Source: an uncultured Acidobacteriota bacterium (lineage in GTDB: Bacteria > Acidobacteriota > Thermoanaerobaculia > Gp7-AA8). From it: DNA of 64,000 bases. Of this stretch, positions 38,188-46,909 are shown one piece after another. The first letter of the stretch is position 1. Each line of letters starts with the position of its first letter. The notes under the pieces were generated by a model. That model worked only from the letters and a program-made list of their open reading frames with translations, was not told the origin of the DNA and searched no databases. The translations under genes were made by a program, and so were the position numbers. The DNA is taken from NCBI GenBank assembly GCA_963822445.1, contig CAWGHO010000003.1:256001-320000 (forward strand), in the 5' to 3' direction.

Positions 38188-39516
38188 ATGGCTCATCGGG
38201 TGCTGGCCGTTGGTGCCGGCTCTGCCGCGCCGCGGATGGTTTCTTCATTTGCAAAGGACGACGTGCGGTTCGTCTTCGTCGACGCCGACCGGGAGAACTT
38301 CGCCTTCGCCGTGTCGCAGCACCGCCCGCAACTCGTCGTGCTCGACATGACTGTCGCTCCGCCGGGCGGCGTGATGGAGTGGCTTGCGGCGCGGAAGCGA
38401 CTGCACGCCGCCATCGCCATCGTCCCCGCGTGCGATTCCGCGCCCGAGTTGCTCGAGCTCGTGGACGATTTCGTGATCGCCGGCGACGGTTTCGAGGACG
38501 AGCTGCGGCATCGCGCGTTGCGGCTCCTCGGACTCTCGAATGATCTCGACGCGGTTGCGTCGCGGCTCAGCGAGGAGCTCGCCCTGCGGCAGCTCGTCGG
38601 CGACGATCCGGTCTTCGTCGACGTGCTGCGGCAGATCGCCCGTTACGGCCGCAGCGAGACGCCGGTGCTGATCATCGGCGAGACGGGCACCGGGAAGGAG
38701 CTCTGTGCGCGTGCATTGCACCACATCGGTCCGCGGCGCAACTTCCCGTTTTTTCCTGTCGATTGCAGCGCGCTGCCCGATCACCTCTTCGAGAACGAAA
38801 TGTTCGGGCACGCGCGCGGCGCGTTCACCGACGCCGCGTCGGATCAGAAAGGGCTGGTCGCCCTCGCGGAGCATGGAACGCTGTTCCTCGACGAGATCGA
38901 CTCGCTCTCGCTCAGCGCGCAGGGGAAGCTGCTGCGATTTCTCCAGGAGCGGATGTACAAGCCGCTGGGTGGAGAGAAGCTCGTGCGGGCGGATGTCAAC
39001 GTGCTCGCGGCGTCGAATCGCGACCTGCACGCCGCGATGCGCACGAAGAATTTCCGCGCCGACCTTTTCTACCGGCTCGACGTCCTCGAGATTCGCATGC
39101 CGCCGCTCCGCGAGCGCCGTGGCGACATCCCGCTGCTCGCGCGGCACTTCCTCGCCGCGGCGGCCGGCCGCGCGGGATGCAGGCGCGGATTCGCCGCCGC
39201 ATCGCTGCGAAAACTGTCGGCGTACGACTGGCCGGGCAACGTGCGCGAGCTCGCGAACGTCGTGCAACGCGCCGCCGTCGAGAGCGATGGCGAGGTCGTT
39301 CTGCCGTGCCACATCATCCTTCCGGGCGCGCCCAGGGACGACGAGATGAGGACGACGTTCCGCGCGGCTCGCTCGCTCACGCTCGAGACCTTCGAGCGAA
39401 TGTACGTGCAGTCGATGCTCGAAAAGCACGCCGGCAACGTCACGCGCGCGGCGCGCGAGGCAGGCCAGGAGCGCCGCGCGTTCGGACGGCTGGCGAAGAA
39501 GTACGGGCTGTCGTGA
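38188..39516 (+). CDS. Sigma54-dependent enhancer-binding activator (degenerate receiver-like N-terminus, AAA+, Fis-type HTH)
   Basis: GETGTGKE, E.FGH.RGAFTDA, LFLDEI, FRADLFYRL, WPGNVREL, GNVTRAAR. Confidence 0.93.
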   Translation: MAHRVLAVGAGSAAPRMVSSFAKDDVRFVFVDADRENFAFAVSQHRPQLVVLDMTVAPPGGVMEWLAARKRLHAAIAIVPACDSAPELLELVDDFVIAGDGFEDELRHRALRLLGLSNDLDAVASRLSEELALRQLVGDDPVFVDVLRQIARYGRSETPVLIIGETGTGKELCARALHHIGPRRNFPFFPVDCSALPDHLFENEMFGHARGAFTDAASDQKGLVALAEHGTLFLDEIDSLSLSAQGKLLRFLQERMYKPLGGEKLVRADVNVLAASNRDLHAAMRTKNFRADLFYRLDVLEIRMPPLRERRGDIPLLARHFLAAAAGRAGCRRGFAAASLRKLSAYDWPGNVRELANVVQRAAVESDGEVVLPCHIILPGAPRDDEMRTTFRAARSLTLETFERMYVQSMLEKHAGNVTRAAREAGQERRAFGRLAKKYGLS

Positions 39517-41039
39517 CGAGGCGCACCTCCCTCCCGCCCGAGCAGCAGTCGCAGGTGCCCCTGCGGCCGAGCGGCAGTGCTCCCGATTCGAGCGCGCGGC
39601 ACGAGCCGCTCCTGCAGCTCCAGCAAACCGCGGGCAATCGCGCGGTCACGGAGCTCGTCGAAGCTCAGGAGCCGGCGCAGGAAGTGCCCGCGCGCGACCC
39701 GCTCGATCTCGACGGCGCAGTCGGCGAACGTGGAGAGAACTGCGCCGCGGATCTCGCCAAAGTGCAGCGCCGTCTCGTCGAAGTCGGAGCCCTGCAGGAA
39801 TCCGACGTCATCGCTGCTGCGCCGGATTCCTGCGTCGATGCATCAGCGCTCGCGGCCACCATCAAGGCGATCCGCTCCGTGCAGCGCACGCTCTTCGACC
39901 GCGACAACGTGGACGGAACCATCGACCCGCTCGGCCGGACATGGAGCCGCCTGCGAACGCTCGATGCCGCCACCCTCGCCTCGATCGCCGCGGAGCGCGT
40001 CGCGAGAAAACAGAAGAAAAAGGAGAACGCTCTCGCCCTCGAGGCGGAAAAGAAGCAAGTCGCCGCCGCCAGGCTTGAGCAATGGAACACATCCTTCGCT
40101 GAGAGGTTGCTCGCGAAGTACGCGGTGTATCTGCCGTTCGCGACGGATTACGTGAGCCTCGACGAGAGCGGCCTCGCGGCGGCCCTCGCTCCGTTCGTGA
40201 AGAGCAATCCCGGTCTGCTCGCAAAAGTCTTCGAGCGTCTGGACGACAGCGACACCGACGACGTTGCGTACGAGCTCGCGGCGGGTGCGTCGGATGCGGA
40301 GCTCGCAGGATTCGACCGCGGCGTTCTCGAGACGATGCAACGCGCGATGAGCGGCGGAGTGAGGACGAGCGGCGAGGCCGGGCAGATCGCGCGTCTGGCT
40401 CGTGCGCTGAATCCGGAGATGTCCGCGAAGAGCACGGGCGTCGAGAAATCGAAATCCGCTGCCGGGGGCGAGGTCGTCGCACCGCCGGTGATCGAAGGGG
40501 AGACTCTCGCGGACCGGATCCGGTTCATTCACGAGCAATACGACCGCTATTTCGTCACCAGGGCGACGACGAACAACTGTCACGCGGCGACGAAAGCGGC
40601 ACTCAACAAGATGGGATGGGATATCGGCGGCGCGGGGTCGGCCTTTCTTCAAAAAGATCTCGCCGATGAAGGTCTGTCAAAGGAGCAGTCGGCCGCGCTT
40701 CTCGCGGGTCTGCTCGCGGAAGTTCAGGCAGGGCGGCCGGTCGCAATCGGCATCGATTACCAGGCCGGCTCATCGAGCCCTCGTACGCTGGCGATTGTCG
40801 ATCACTGGCTCTACATCGTTGCCGTCACCGTGGATGACGGCGGGGCGATGGTCCTGGTCGCATACGAGAACGTCGACGTCACGTCGACGATCACGGACGG
40901 GAACATCATCGTCTTCCGCATCGACGAGGTCGGGCGCATCCATCACGGTGCGTTTCGCGAGGAATCGAAGAACAAGTTCTCGAACACTCCTCACGTCGTC
41001 GTGAACTTCAAGCCCGTTCACCGCATCGCCAAGCCATGA
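39513..41039 (+). CDS. Candidate eCIS effector: LQQTAGNRAV leader, PG-binding-like domain, papain-fold-like C-terminus
   Basis: The GTG start overlaps the activator stop codon. VG..GEN...D...VQ.RL and DG.IDP.G.TW are present, followed by C-terminal NNC...VAIGIDY...DHWLYIV. Confidence 0.65.
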   Translation: MTRRTSLPPEQQSQVPLRPSGSAPDSSARHEPLLQLQQTAGNRAVTELVEAQEPAQEVPARDPLDLDGAVGERGENCAADLAKVQRRLVEVGALQESDVIAAAPDSCVDASALAATIKAIRSVQRTLFDRDNVDGTIDPLGRTWSRLRTLDAATLASIAAERVARKQKKKENALALEAEKKQVAAARLEQWNTSFAERLLAKYAVYLPFATDYVSLDESGLAAALAPFVKSNPGLLAKVFERLDDSDTDDVAYELAAGASDAELAGFDRGVLETMQRAMSGGVRTSGEAGQIARLARALNPEMSAKSTGVEKSKSAAGGEVVAPPVIEGETLADRIRFIHEQYDRYFVTRATTNNCHAATKAALNKMGWDIGGAGSAFLQKDLADEGLSKEQSAALLAGLLAEVQAGRPVAIGIDYQAGSSSPRTLAIVDHWLYIVAVTVDDGGAMVLVAYENVDVTSTITDGNIIVFRIDEVGRIHHGAFREESKNKFSNTPHVVVNFKPVHRIAKP

Positions 41040-41044
41040 GCCAT

Positions 41045-41875
41045 CTAACGGGCATCGCCGATGATCTCGACGCGAGGATTGGCGGCACGGAATGCAGCCA
41101 CCGCCGCCGCATCCACCGGCGTGTTTTCGATCCGCACCACGCGGAGGGTCGCAAGACGGGCGAGCGGGCCGAGATCGCGCACGCCGGTGTTGTAGAGAAA
41201 CAGCTCCTCGACTTCGCGCGCGTTCTCGATTCCCGCGAGATCGGTGATGCGCGTGCCGCTCAGGTCGAGCCGGCGGACAGTGCGGAACCAGCGCAGATCG
41301 CGTAACACGTCGAGTGAGTCGATGCGGGTCTCGTGGATGGCCAGCACTTCGAGCCGATCGAGGCCGCGAAGCGGAGCGAGATCCGCGACCGCGGTTCCCT
41401 CGATGTACAACTCGGTCAATGCGGGCAGTTCCTCGACCGGCGCAAGATCCGCGACCGGCGTATGGGCCACGTCGAGGTGAACGAGCTCGCTCAATCCGCG
41501 CAGAGGCTCGAGGCTCCGTACTTTCGTCGCTCGTGCGCGAAGTACGCGGAGATGTTCTTTCCCCTGAACCGGCGAGAGATCGTCGATGGGTGTGCTGCTC
41601 ACGTCGATCTCGCGAAGCAGCGACAGCGCGCGGAGCGGTGCGAGATCGCGGACGGCGAGCCCGGGCAACACGAGGACTTCCAGCCGGTCGAGCTTCGCCA
41701 GCGGCTCGAGGCTCAACGGGAGTTGCACCGGGCTGCGATGGGGATTCGTCTGAATCACGCGCAGCTCCCGAAGCCGCGTCAGCTTCGCGAGTGGCGCGAG
41801 ATCCGGCGGGGACACGTTGACCACATCGACGACCTCGGAATCGAGTGGGAAGTTGCTGCCGCCAAAGAGAGCCAT
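41045..41875 (-). CDS. Leucine-rich-repeat protein (internalin-like repeats)
   Basis: About 22-aa repeats of L..L..L.L..T.V.DL.PL. The start overlaps the upstream stop codon (TGATG). Confidence 0.88.
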   Translation of the reverse strand: MALFGGSNFPLDSEVVDVVNVSPPDLAPLAKLTRLRELRVIQTNPHRSPVQLPLSLEPLAKLDRLEVLVLPGLAVRDLAPLRALSLLREIDVSSTPIDDLSPVQGKEHLRVLRARATKVRSLEPLRGLSELVHLDVAHTPVADLAPVEELPALTELYIEGTAVADLAPLRGLDRLEVLAIHETRIDSLDVLRDLRWFRTVRRLDLSGTRITDLAGIENAREVEELFLYNTGVRDLGPLARLATLRVVRIENTPVDAAAVAAFRAANPRVEIIGDAR

Positions 41876-43323
41876 CAATACATGCTCGGCAGCGCCCGGT
41901 AGTGCGCGTTCAACCAGTCGATTAGTGCCTTGTCCCTGGCCGCATTCTTGAGGAGCGCACCGTACTTCACGACTGCGTCTGCAATGATCGCGTCCCTCAA
42001 CTGATCGTCCGTCATCCAAAACGCGGCAAAGGAGAACGGGAAAGGCACGCTGTCGACGAAGCTATCGACGGCGCTGACACCATGGGCAATGCTTTCGGCC
42101 AGCGTGACGTCGAGGGTCGTGATCAGCGCCTTCCCGGCCGCCTGCTCATGCACCGTTAGATCCATGAGCTTCGACATCTCCATGATGAGAGGCTCATTGT
42201 CCGTGAACGGCTTGTTGTTGCCGGCCAGGTACGCCTTCCGCACTCCGCGGATGAGAACATGCGCGTCGACCGATGCGTCCCATGCCTCGCGCGTGTAGTT
42301 CTTGGCAGCGGCCCGGATCTGCTGGTCGCGAGTCTGTGGGGTGCCCGCCGCGGTCACGCCTGGCGTGAATTTTCCGGGGAACTTGCTCGTGCCCATGTCG
42401 CGGCGCGGCAGTTCCTCGTAGTGTGCGGCATTGTCGATCTTCGTCGCCTCCTCGGCCTCGAAGAACCCGGATGTGCCGTAATAGACATGATCGTCGACCG
42501 CGGCCGAGCTGAGGTGAGCCCCTTCGTGGATGATCGTCGCCTTCGTCTCGTTCGGGTCGATCACCTTCGCGACGTCCAACAAGAGGTGCATCTTCTTCTT
42601 TCCGTGGAGGGCGTAACCGCCAAGACCGATCTCGGGGTCGTCGAGGTTGTAATCGGTGGTGACGTGCGGGTCCATATCCTTGGCGATGTCTTGGAGCGCC
42701 TTCTTCGTCGCTCCGTATCTCGTCTTCGCCAGACTGGCCTGTGCGCCGAAGACCTCGGTCATTCCTGTAGCGTCGGACTCGACCTTCGCGACCACCTTGG
42801 CGGCATCTTCGAACGCAGTCTTGAGCTTCGGTTTGTCCGCCGTCTTCACTTTGGTGTCGGCTTCGAGGATCGATTTGTACATGTTCTCGCGATCGGTTAC
42901 GTCGATGGCCTTGTTGAACTCCTTCTCGTCGATCACGCCTTTGCCGGGAAAGATTTTCGCGATGATCGTCGCCACCGGGTCCTTGCTCTTCAGCTTTCCT
43001 TCGTACTCCATCCGCCCGAGCAACTGCGCAACGCGATCCTTGATCACGGCCTCGGGGATTTTCAGGTCCTTGTCCGTGTAAGCAGCCTTCAAACGCTCGA
43101 ACGACGGCACCCGGAAGTGCACGCCGGGGTCTGCCATTGCAGCGGCAACGGGATGCACGATGCCTTGCAACGGGAGCTTGATCATCGCGTTCGAGACGGC
43201 CTGGTTGCCCGCGGCGCGCTGAAGGTCGTGCAGCGGGTGCGCGGGCGTCACCGGCGTCGAGCTCGCGGTGGTCGCCGAGGTTGTCTTCTCAGGCGGATTT
43301 TTCTTTTGAAGTGACTCGCGCAT
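41875..43323 (-). CDS. Candidate eCIS effector, M35/aspzincin-like metallopeptidase (paralog B)
   Basis: Leader HPLHDLQRAAGNQAV and the motif series HEGAH...VDDHVYYG...NAAHY. Confidence 0.72.
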   Translation of the reverse strand: MRESLQKKNPPEKTTSATTASSTPVTPAHPLHDLQRAAGNQAVSNAMIKLPLQGIVHPVAAAMADPGVHFRVPSFERLKAAYTDKDLKIPEAVIKDRVAQLLGRMEYEGKLKSKDPVATIIAKIFPGKGVIDEKEFNKAIDVTDRENMYKSILEADTKVKTADKPKLKTAFEDAAKVVAKVESDATGMTEVFGAQASLAKTRYGATKKALQDIAKDMDPHVTTDYNLDDPEIGLGGYALHGKKKMHLLLDVAKVIDPNETKATIIHEGAHLSSAAVDDHVYYGTSGFFEAEEATKIDNAAHYEELPRRDMGTSKFPGKFTPGVTAAGTPQTRDQQIRAAAKNYTREAWDASVDAHVLIRGVRKAYLAGNNKPFTDNEPLIMEMSKLMDLTVHEQAAGKALITTLDVTLAESIAHGVSAVDSFVDSVPFPFSFAAFWMTDDQLRDAIIADAVVKYGALLKNAARDKALIDWLNAHYRALPSMY

Positions 43324-43329
43324 CAGCGG

Positions 43330-44778
43330 CTAATCCAGGTCCGGAAGACTTCTGTAGTGCGCCGCGCACCAGTCCACGAGCGCCTTGTCCCTTGCCGCAT
43401 CCTTGAGGAGCTGTCCGTACTGTGCGACGGCATCCGCAACGACCTTGTCCTGGATTTCGGTGTCCGTCATCGCAAGCATGTCGGCCGCGGACGGAAAGGC
43501 CACGGTCGTGACCTTGGGTCTCGTGAGGTTGATGCCGCGGGCGATGCTTTCCGCGAGGGTGACGTCGAGCGTGGTGACGAGCGCCTTCCCGGCCGCCTGC
43601 TCGTGCACCGTCAGGTCCATGAGCTTCGAGATCTCGAGGATGAGAGCTTCGTTGTCCTTGAATGGCTTCGCGTCGCCCTTCAGGTACTCGCGCCGCACGG
43701 CGCGGATCAGCATGTGGACGTCGCCCGCCGCATCCCATGCCTTCCGCAAGTGGTCCTCGGCCGCGGCCCTGATCTTCTCCTCGCGCGTCTGTGGTTTGCC
43801 CGTCGGCATCTGGCCGGGAGTAAACGTCATCCCGTCGAAGCTGCTCGTTTTCATTTCGCGGCGCGGCAGCTCCTCGTAGTGCGCGGCGTTCAGGACCTTC
43901 GTCGCTTCGTCGCGCTCGAAGAACCCGGGTCTGCCGTAATACACGTGGTCGTCGACCGAGGCGTTGGCGAAGTGAGACGCCTCGTGGATGAGCATCGCTT
44001 TCGTCTTGTTGACATCGATGACCTGCACCACCCCCAGCAGCAGGTGCATTTTCTTCTTCGCATGGCTGGCAAAGCCTCCGAGACCGATCTGGGGATCGTC
44101 GAGGTTGTAGTCGGTGAAGACCGGGTCCATGTTCTGGGCGAGGTCTTCGAGCACCTTCTTCGTGGTCGCGTAGTTCGCCTTCGCCGCGGCAGCCTCCCCG
44201 CCGAAGACCTCTTTCAAGCCCTTGTCGTCGGCTTCGACCGTCGCGACCAGCTTCGCGGCGTCTTCGAACGCAGTACTGAGCTTCGGTTTGTCAGCCGGCT
44301 TGATCTTCGTATCGGCTTCGAGCACTGATTTGTAGATCTTCGATCGATCGTTTACGTCGACGACCTTGTTGAACTGGACCTCGTCGAGCAAGCCGGGACC
44401 GGGAAAGATTTTCGCGATGATCGCCGCCACCGGCTCGGTGCTCTTCAGCCTTCCTTCGAGCTGCATGCGTCCGAGCAGCTGCGCGACGCGATCCTTGATC
44501 ACGGCCTCGGGAATCTTCAGCGTCTTGCCCTGATACACCTTCCACAACTCCTGGAACGAGGGCAGCCGGAACCGCACGCCGGGATCCGCCATCGCGGCCG
44601 CAACGGGATGCACCATGCCTCGCAACGGCAGCTCGACCATCGCGCCCGCTACCGCGCGGTTTCCCGCAACGCGCTGCAAATCGATGAGCGGATGCGCGGG
44701 CGTTACCGGCGTCGAGCTCGCGGTGGTCGCCGAGGAGTTTCTCTCAGGCTGACTCTGTTTCTGAACCGACTCGCGCAT
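43330..44778 (-). CDS. Candidate eCIS effector, M35/aspzincin-like metallopeptidase (paralog A)
   Basis: Leader HPLIDLQRVAGNRAV and HEASH...VDDHVYYG...NAAHY. Colinear with 41875-43323; both are 482 aa. Confidence 0.72.
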   Translation of the reverse strand: MRESVQKQSQPERNSSATTASSTPVTPAHPLIDLQRVAGNRAVAGAMVELPLRGMVHPVAAAMADPGVRFRLPSFQELWKVYQGKTLKIPEAVIKDRVAQLLGRMQLEGRLKSTEPVAAIIAKIFPGPGLLDEVQFNKVVDVNDRSKIYKSVLEADTKIKPADKPKLSTAFEDAAKLVATVEADDKGLKEVFGGEAAAAKANYATTKKVLEDLAQNMDPVFTDYNLDDPQIGLGGFASHAKKKMHLLLGVVQVIDVNKTKAMLIHEASHFANASVDDHVYYGRPGFFERDEATKVLNAAHYEELPRREMKTSSFDGMTFTPGQMPTGKPQTREEKIRAAAEDHLRKAWDAAGDVHMLIRAVRREYLKGDAKPFKDNEALILEISKLMDLTVHEQAAGKALVTTLDVTLAESIARGINLTRPKVTTVAFPSAADMLAMTDTEIQDKVVADAVAQYGQLLKDAARDKALVDWCAAHYRSLPDLD

Positions 44779-44884
44779 GACTGACGACGTGACGCAATGT
44801 CGGTTCGCAGTACGTCTTTGTCGAGTGAGCGAAATCCCCCCACCGCCGGGTCGGAAATGCGCTCTCGCGGACGCGCTGCGCGGC

Positions 44885-44900
44885 GGGTCGATTCCGACCC
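44885..44900. promoter_or_regulatory. Palindrome GGGTCG-N4-CGACCC, candidate upstream activator sequence
   Basis: Perfect dyad, with a related half-site gggtcggaa at 44848-44856. It lies just upstream of a -24/-12 promoter. Confidence 0.55.
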
Positions 44901-44924
44901 ACCCGTGAAGTACCTTTCCTGCAT

Positions 44925-44957
44925 TTTCAGTAACTTACGGTTGGCTGCGCGCTTGCG
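44925..44957 (+). promoter_or_regulatory. Sigma54 (-24/-12) promoter with an adjacent IHF-like site
   Basis: TTGGCTGCGCGCTTGCG at 44941-44957 has exact GG-N10-GC spacing with TGGC...TTGC. TTTCAG-TAAC-TTA at 44925-44937 resembles WATCAR-N4-TTR. Confidence 0.65.
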
Positions 44958-44975
44958 AAGACCTCCCCCCGATCC

Positions 44976-45248
44976 ATGGTCTTTTCCGAGGTTTCTGGAG
45001 TCGTTCGCGACGTCATGCGCTACTTCGTGGAGCACCCCACTGCAATCGATTCCCTCGAGGGAATCGCACGCTGGCGCCTCCTCGAACAACGCGTGCGCAA
45101 TGTGGTCGCGGAGACCGACGCCGCCCTCTCGCTCCTCGTCGAGCACGAGATTCTCGACGAGATCCGGGTGGCCGGCGCGCCGACGCTCTTCCGCCTGAAT
45201 CCGGAACGATCCGACGCCGCCCAGCGGCTGCTCGAGGGACGCGAATGA
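44976..45248 (+). CDS. Small hypothetical (winged-helix-like) protein, first gene of the eCIS operon
   Basis: YF.EHP.A.DSLEGIARW.L, with an ATGA overlap to the next gene. The start could be 45015. Confidence 0.65.
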   Translation: MVFSEVSGVVRDVMRYFVEHPTAIDSLEGIARWRLLEQRVRNVVAETDAALSLLVEHEILDEIRVAGAPTLFRLNPERSDAAQRLLEGRE

Positions 45249-45838
45249 GCGACTACACCTCCGTGCGTGCCGCCAGCCTCGCCCTCCAGTCGCTGCTGAA
45301 AGCGGAGATCACGAACAGTACGGATCCGCAGCTCAAGACGAACGACGTCTTTCTCTACTCGCCGAAGCTGATGAAAGAGAAAAACAAGAGCGGCATCTCG
45401 CTCTGGCTCTATCGCATCACGCGCGAGAGCGACACCCTGAATCGCGAGCCGGAGCGCGTCGGGCCCACGCATCTGCGGCGGGTGCCGTTTCCGCTCACGC
45501 TGTTCTATCTCGTCACGCCGATGCGCACCGAGCCCGAGGACGAGCAGATGCTCCTCGGCAAGATCGTGCAGGTCATGCACGACCACGGCGTCTTACGCGG
45601 CGCGCAGGTCGGGCCTGTGCTCGCCGCCGACGACACCGAGCTGCGCATCGTGTTTGACGCTCTCGGGCTCGAAGAGCTCGCGCGGGTGTGGGACGTTCTC
45701 AAGGAGCCGTATCAACTCTCGATCTGCTACGCGGTGCAGTGCGTCGCGATCGATTCCGATCTCGACGTCGCCGTGCGGCCGCCGGTGCTCACCAGCGACG
45801 AGCGCATGCACCAGATCGTCGGAGTGGGGGCGATATGA
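45245..45838 (+). CDS. eCIS DUF4255 / Pvc16-Afp16-like cap protein
   Basis: ISLWLYRI, P.PL.L.YLVTP, EQ.LLG...Q..HD, L..VW......YQLSI.Y.V. Confidence 0.85.
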   Translation: MSDYTSVRAASLALQSLLKAEITNSTDPQLKTNDVFLYSPKLMKEKNKSGISLWLYRITRESDTLNREPERVGPTHLRRVPFPLTLFYLVTPMRTEPEDEQMLLGKIVQVMHDHGVLRGAQVGPVLAADDTELRIVFDALGLEELARVWDVLKEPYQLSICYAVQCVAIDSDLDVAVRPPVLTSDERMHQIVGVGAI

Positions 45839-46875
45839 CGGCGGTGATCAAAATCGCAACCGACACCGTCATTTACAGCGTCGTCCCCGACACGTCGATC
45901 GAGCGCGTGGCGTTCGTGACAGGCTCGGTCGTCGACGAAGTCACGGGCAAGCCGGTCGAGCGCGCGAGCGTTCGGGTGGACCGCCGGTCGGTGCTCGCGA
46001 GCGTTGTCACCGGCGGCTACTTCGCCGCGTCGGGATCGCTCGGACGCGTCGCACCGGATCACGCGACCGTCGCGTGGTCGATCGCGTTCACCTTCACCGC
46101 GCCACGTTACCGGCCGCGGACAGTGACCGTGCCGATCGCCGCGGCTGCGCTGTTTCCCGTGAACGGCGGAATCGTGAGACTGCGTCCGCTTCCCGTGCGT
46201 CTCGAAGGGCGCGTGTCGAAGGAAGCAGACCGCACCGCCATCGCCGGGGCGACGGTCGCGGTGAAGAGCGCGCAGAAGGCGTTGCTCCTGCGCACGACCG
46301 CGCATGCCGATCACGCATCCGGCATCAGCATCACCCCGGTTACGCTCGCGAATGCGGGACTGCTGCGCCATGTCGCTGCCGCGGTGAAGGGTGGCGCGAC
46401 GCTCATCCAGCTCGACGACGTCGGCGTTCTCGGCGCCGGCAGCGTCCTTCGCTTCGGCACCGCGCAGTTCGAATACGCGGTCGTCGATTTCGTCGACACG
46501 ACGGCGAAGACGGTCGCGCTGCGCGATCCGCTCACGCGCTCGTACGCGAGCGGCGCCGAAGTGCAGGGTGTGACGGCGACCGCCGATCCGGGCGCGGTTG
46601 CGACGACGCGCAGCATCGACGCCGGCGACGGCCTGCTCGTGCTCGCGGCGCCGCTCGCGGCGACCGTCATCGAGATCAGCGATCCGCCGCATCTCGAATA
46701 TCACGAGGTCAACGCCGTCTCCGACGGCGGCGGCTTCTTCGCGGCGGACGGCATCGCCGGCATTCACACACTCACGCTCACGGCATCGGCGGCGGGATTC
46801 CAGCCGCTCGATCTCGAGTGGACGATCGATACCAGCCGGCCCGTGGCCGCGCTCGGTTTCAGGCTCGAGCCCTGA
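45835..46875 (+). CDS. eCIS-associated protein with carboxypeptidase-regulatory-like domains
   Basis: G.VVDEVTGKPV..A.V, GRV......IAGATV, SDGGGFF. Coupled to the preceding gene by an ATGA overlap. Confidence 0.65.
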   Translation: MTAVIKIATDTVIYSVVPDTSIERVAFVTGSVVDEVTGKPVERASVRVDRRSVLASVVTGGYFAASGSLGRVAPDHATVAWSIAFTFTAPRYRPRTVTVPIAAAALFPVNGGIVRLRPLPVRLEGRVSKEADRTAIAGATVAVKSAQKALLLRTTAHADHASGISITPVTLANAGLLRHVAAAVKGGATLIQLDDVGVLGAGSVLRFGTAQFEYAVVDFVDTTAKTVALRDPLTRSYASGAEVQGVTATADPGAVATTRSIDAGDGLLVLAAPLAATVIEISDPPHLEYHEVNAVSDGGGFFAADGIAGIHTLTLTASAAGFQPLDLEWTIDTSRPVAALGFRLEP

Positions 46876-46909
46876 CGGATAACGGAGTTCTGGAAAAAGG
46901 AGACCAGCA

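Noticed and set aside
38763-39512. N-terminal 250 aa of the 758-aa ORF
   Set aside because: It is a shadow frame of the sigma54 activator. The real gene most likely starts at GTG 39513.
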